The position numbers and the translations under genes are program-made. The notes beneath the pieces are model-generated. The model made no database searches and was not told where the DNA came from. It saw only the letters and a list, made by a program, of their open reading frames with translations. A stretch of 40,220 bases of DNA from a virus (Duplodnaviria > Heunggongvirae > Uroviricota > Caudoviricetes): IMG/VR virus record IMGVR_UViG_2671181134_000016. One strand, given 5' to 3'. Positions 36,591 through 40,220 of the stretch are shown piece by piece (the stretch's first letter is position 1; the number at the start of each line of letters is the position of its first letter).

Positions 36591-36720
36591 TGGGGAATTT
36601 TGGTCGCACGAGAGAATTTGAACCTCCGCCCCCTGACACCCCATGACAACAAGCAATAATATGTATAACATGGGTTTTTACATGACATATAATAAATTAA
36701 TTTTTGTAAAGGGAAATCTT

Positions 36721-37681
36721 ATGGATTCAAGAAGATATTTGCATACTGTAATATTAATTGCTGGTATAGTATTTATATGTATATTGGTTATATACTTAAT
36801 TTATCCAAAGGTGATATTTACTATCAGTGATAACTATTTAAATCCATTGGTTTTAATAGCGATGGTTTTGTCGTTTTCCTCAGTAGTGCTGTTATTTATA
36901 AAGTATTTAAATAAGGATATTGGCAATGATCATTCTAAAAAAGAAACAGCACAGAATTATGCCATTGAACTGAAGAAAGAACTAGAAAGAATAAATGGGA
37001 GACTTGAGGCAATAGATAGGCCCATTGCTGGAAAATCCAGTGATATCATACTAAGTGATGCGGAGAGAGCAGATTTTATTGAAAGGGCGAAAAAGAAAAT
37101 TGCAGGTGAAATGATAATTAATGCATCAGAAAGTTTAAAAAAAGAGATGCAACACATTAAAGAACAGTTAAGTATTAATGAGCATTATGAAGATATGGTT
37201 TACAGAATCAAAAAAGAAATAGATAGACTTAACAGGCGAGGTGGAGCTAACCTTGGCATTGGTGCTTCAATCGCTTTTTTTGGAATAGCGTATCTGGGTT
37301 ATGTTGTTTCAAAACAAACTGTCACGACCGATGTAATTAATTATCTGATTCATATGTTACCTCGAATTTCTTTTGTATTAGTTATAGAGGTTTTTGCATA
37401 TTTTTTTTCTAAAGTTATATAAAAATGGTTTTGATGAGGTAAAATATTTTCAAAATGAATTGACAAATATTGAGGCAAAAGTATTGGCCATTAAATTTTT
37501 AAAAGATGTTAAAAATGAAGATTTAATGGCTGAAGTTATAAAAAATCTAATGACAACAGAGAGGAATTTTATATTATCAAAAGGACAGACGACTGTGGCA
37601 TTAGAAAAAGAAAAAATCAAGGGGCTTGAAGATAAAAATGCTTTATCTATTATAAAGGAGTTAATTAAGTTAAAAAGTTAG
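36721..37681 (+). pseudogene. AT-rich membrane / coiled-coil protein of unknown family, interrupted by a +1 frame change in a T8 homopolymer (37401-37408)
   Basis: ATG at 36721 with AAGGGA upstream; 2 TM + coiled coil + 2 TM; deleting one T in the T8 run joins both ORFs into about 320 codons. Confidence 0.5.
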
Positions 37682-37985
37682 CGGGGATATTAAGTGAGGT
37701 TGGTTGTACGTTGCAGGTGCTTGTGCATCTGCATTTAAATAATGAGGTTTAATTAAACAGCACGTGAATAATAAAATAAATAGGCTGTTTAATTTTTTTA
37801 ATAGGGAGGGAAGGTAGCTCATGATTTTTACTGGGTAGGTGATATAGCTTATTGTAGTATCGTTCATGCTTGTTGAACTTAAGGTTTGATACTCCGCCAT
37901 ATATACCGGTCCGCTGAGAATGTAAGATACAAAAGTCTTTTATAGTATCAAGTTATACTTCACGAGCAAAATATGAGGAGTGTTT

Positions 37986-38198
37986 ATGAAGGGAAGAACC
38001 ATTGCTGACTATGCAAAGTTAGCGCAAGAATCTGCCAAACGTAACGTATTAAGAACTGAGTTTAGTGAGTATCTCAAGGTAAATGGCCTGGAGAGGAGTG
38101 AAGAGAATGCTCATACTTTTGCCTTTGGGAAAACAAACAATCATGACGATAGAGTTAATCTTGTACATATGCTGATGTCAGGTGTATGGGGTGGCTAA
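37986..38198 (+). CDS. Small hypothetical protein (70 aa)
   Basis: ATG at 37986 with GAGGAG Shine-Dalgarno 5 nt upstream. Confidence 0.4.
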   Translation: MKGRTIADYAKLAQESAKRNVLRTEFSEYLKVNGLERSEENAHTFAFGKTNNHDDRVNLVHMLMSGVWGG

Positions 38199-38529
38199 AT
38201 CATCATTAAGGCTGGAAAATTTTCACCAATGAAGGTTGCTGTTTTCTGTAAGCTTTTGAGGGTACAGCAATGAGAATTATGAAGTATTGGAGAAAAATAA
38301 ATTCAACTAATTGATTACACTATATAAAATGCATGATTTAAATTCTCTCTTTAGAGTGAACCTACTGAATAGTGTTAGCTGTCGATTTTGACCAAAAAAG
38401 GGTTATCAAAACCCAAAAACATATATTGATAATCAGTGGGTTAGGGGAATGCCGATAGTCAGTTGGTTAAGTGTGAATTGGTGGAATTATACTTACATAT
38501 CAAATTGTTGGTATTAGTCTTTCTAAATA

Positions 38530-38694
38530 ATGTTACGCCATATGGGCTGGACTGAAGCCGCAGACCTGATTGTTAAAGGTATGGAAGGCGCAATCAATGC
38601 GAAGACCGTAACCTATGACTTCGAGCGTCTGATGGAAGGCGCTAAACTGCTGAAATGTTCAGAATTTGGTGACGCGATCATCAAGAACATGTAA
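38530..38694 (+). pseudogene. icd: 3' fragment of isocitrate dehydrogenase gene (icdC-like attachment-site remnant)
   Basis: Encodes [54 protein letters not shown], the remembered C-terminus of E. coli Icd; in-frame stop immediately upstream shows it is a detached fragment. Confidence 0.85.
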
Positions 38695-38717
38695 TCACTA
38701 CATGTGTTTAATATTGC

Positions 38718-38745
38718 AACGGGCGTATAACACGCCCGTTGTTTT
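38718..38745 (+). terminator. icd rho-independent terminator
   Basis: AACGGGCGT-ataac-ACGCCCGTT followed by gtttt. Confidence 0.7.
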
Positions 38746-38796
38746 ATTTATGTAGGTATTATTAATAGCATATCGAGCATATTTATATAAAACCCT

Positions 38797-39120
38797 TTAC
38801 TTGAGCCCATATGGGCATATTTTTATAATGCAACTATTATGCAAACATTTATTTGTTATTTTGCTTTCTCCTGGAGGACACTCTTGACTGCTTTTGAGTA
38901 GACTCCATAAATCCTTGTTGAATGGTGCGATGTTATAAATAGTAATAGGATATTCTTTATCTTTAAGGATAATTCCAGATTTAACCGGTGTAAATATACT
39001 GCCAGGAGGGAGAAATATAGTAGATTGATACCAGATGATCATTTTCATATTACCCCATATGGCTGAAAAAGATATGCCGCATGAAGGTTGAATTATCGTG
39101 TCAATTACTATCCACTTCAT
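38797..39120 (-). CDS. iraM: IraM-like anti-adaptor protein (host gene)
   Basis: 107 aa starting MKWIVIDT..., matching remembered E. coli IraM; expected position after icdC. Confidence 0.7.
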   Translation of the reverse strand: MKWIVIDTIIQPSCGISFSAIWGNMKMIIWYQSTIFLPPGSIFTPVKSGIILKDKEYPITIYNIAPFNKDLWSLLKSSQECPPGESKITNKCLHNSCIIKICPYGLK

Positions 39121-39577
39121 TTGTTATGTCTTATCCCACGGTATTTAATATAGTTCATTTGGATGTTCATTTCTTTATTTTGCATATGAGTATATTACCC
39201 CTTCAAAAAATAAATTAATTAAAACGATTGCTTATATAAAACAAAATTTAAAGCAAGGAATCTCAATGGATGTTAAACAAAATGAGATTTAGTGAAAACA
39301 ATAAATTATTCACTTCGTTTTAGATTTGTTTAGCTATAATGTTATACATTCAAATGACTGAACATCCTGTAATTAAAACATAGCCTTTATGCTACTTTGT
39401 GCCAATTTGCTAAACATTATGGTTGCCTTTTTATATAACGATAATAATGAATGTAAGCATGACATGAGAATAAGGTTTCAATTTTTGAGTTATATAGGAA
39501 AGGTTTAACCTGTTCCTGGCTAAAATACATATAACTGGATGATGACTAAACCAAAACACATGTGCGTTAAGTATTGA

Positions 39578-39605
39578 AACGGGCGTATGGCACACCCGTT
39601 GTTTT
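39578..39605 (+). repeat. Second, diverged copy of the icd-terminator hairpin element
   Basis: catgtgcgttaagtattgaAACGGGcgtatggcacaCCCGTTgttttt, about 85% identical to 38701-38750. Confidence 0.5.
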
Positions 39606-39815
39606 TATAAATATATTAACCGTTATAAAATAACGTATAGAAAGTCAAGTGATCACATTTCAAATATCAATTTGATAGTATTGGCATGGTGATTATTTAT
39701 GGGTAGCAATAAAAGGACAGTATTTATCATCCATAGGGATAGTCTCTGTACTTTTATTCCCATTATGCTAATGCCTTACTGAATTATGAAGCATTTCTTA
39801 AGCATCCAACTTTAG

Positions 39816-40220
39816 CTAGATTAATGGTTTATTATTTTCTACATCTTCAATATATAAAAGCGTATTATCAATGGCGTAGTAACTGCGTTTGTTATGATTA
39901 ACATCAGTAACCCACCGGAAAACGCCCGCGCCTGCTAGTGTTGAACAGTATTCCCGAAATGTAGATTTTCCGCAAATATGAAGCAATGCGGCCTCTTTTA
40001 TTTTAGCAGGGTTCTTGGTCGTACTAACTTTTAACAGGTTCCTGGTTCCTCTTAATAACAAAACCGTGTCATCGTGAGTAATAATTCTGATGTTATCCGT
40101 AGCCAGATAATAAATGTAATGTGCAATACGGTGATGTTTTAATTCTGAATAAAACCAGGAGAAGTTTTGCTCTTTTCTCACTTGCTCAAACATCTTTTGA
40201 AAAACAACGACCTGATCCAT
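39816..40220 (-). CDS. Hypothetical host protein (ycgX-like position); ATG coincides with the window end
   Basis: 134-codon ORF; gene order icd-fragment, iraM, then this gene matches remembered E. coli K-12 context. Confidence 0.5.
   Translation of the reverse strand: MDQVVVFQKMFEQVRKEQNFSWFYSELKHHRIAHYIYYLATDNIRIITHDDTVLLLRGTRNLLKVSTTKNPAKIKEAALLHICGKSTFREYCSTLAGAGVFRWVTDVNHNKRSYYAIDNTLLYIEDVENNKPLI

Larger units (their letters stand above)
1..38530. mobile_element. Integrated temperate prophage, e14-like at icd: lambdoid regulation, HK97-type head, Mu-type contractile tail. Left end lies at or beyond the window start; right end at the icd 3' fragment.
   Basis: Contiguous int/xis, CI/Cro, replication, Q, lysis, terminase, portal, capsid, tail and invertase genes; icd C-terminal coding fragment at 38530-38694 followed by iraM-like host gene. 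Confidence 0.9.

Noticed and set aside
36601-36633. tRNA 3'-end-like motif (TGGTCGCACGAGAGAATTTGAACC) that could have marked a tRNA-associated secondary att site
   Set aside because: The flanking bases do not form a proper T-arm or acceptor stem in either orientation; no full tRNA can be folded by eye. Likely chance resemblance.
37670-37900. Minus-strand 76-codon ORF after the right-end cargo gene
   Set aside because: Low-complexity AT-rich translation, no Shine-Dalgarno, overlaps the end of the plus-strand gene; probably intergenic.

Overview
The window is almost entirely one apparently intact temperate prophage (about 1 to 38530) with its right-hand host junction. It resembles an intact relative of the E. 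coli e14 element integrated at the 3' end of icd: lambda-family int/xis at the left, an icd 3' fragment (icdC-like) followed by iraM and a ycgX-like gene at the right. All family assignments are from reading the translated ORFs against remembered motifs and sequences; no searches were run. The phage is mosaic. Left arm (minus strand): int, xis, a YfdR-like HD-domain hydrolase, YfdQ-like and YfdP-like genes. Immunity region: CI-type repressor (HTH + S24 peptidase) divergent from a Cro-like gene, with TTGC-N7-GCAA operator-like dyads on both sides of cI. Early right operon: YmfL/YmfM-like genes, replication initiator with internal iterons, PerC-like protein, Dam-type N6-adenine methyltransferase, LexA-N-like protein, RusA, KilA-N, DUF968, Q antiterminator. 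Lysis: lambda-type holin, R endolysin, Rz/Rz1. Head: HNH, P27-type small terminase, large terminase, HK97-type portal, protease and capsid. Tail: Mu-like contractile tail (sheath, tube, frameshifted chaperone, tape measure, gp43-48-like baseplate), ending in a Pin/Gin-type invertible tail-fibre segment whose invertase carries two compensating frameshifts. Interleaved are several AT-rich, mostly reverse-oriented accessory loci with no recognisable family. The most striking is a translationally coupled three-gene operon (two soluble proteins plus a 4-TM membrane protein) between Q and the late promoter, which I rank as the best candidate for an undescribed defence/exclusion system. Others are a left-end cargo ORF with a PD-(D/E)xK-like motif, a membrane-anchored OB-fold-like moron inside the tail module, two small genes at the lambda bor position, and a frameshift-interrupted membrane/coiled-coil protein at the right end where e14 carries mcrA. 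The ORF track uses GTG/TTG as starts, so several starts were re-placed on ATG/GTG codons with Shine-Dalgarno support.
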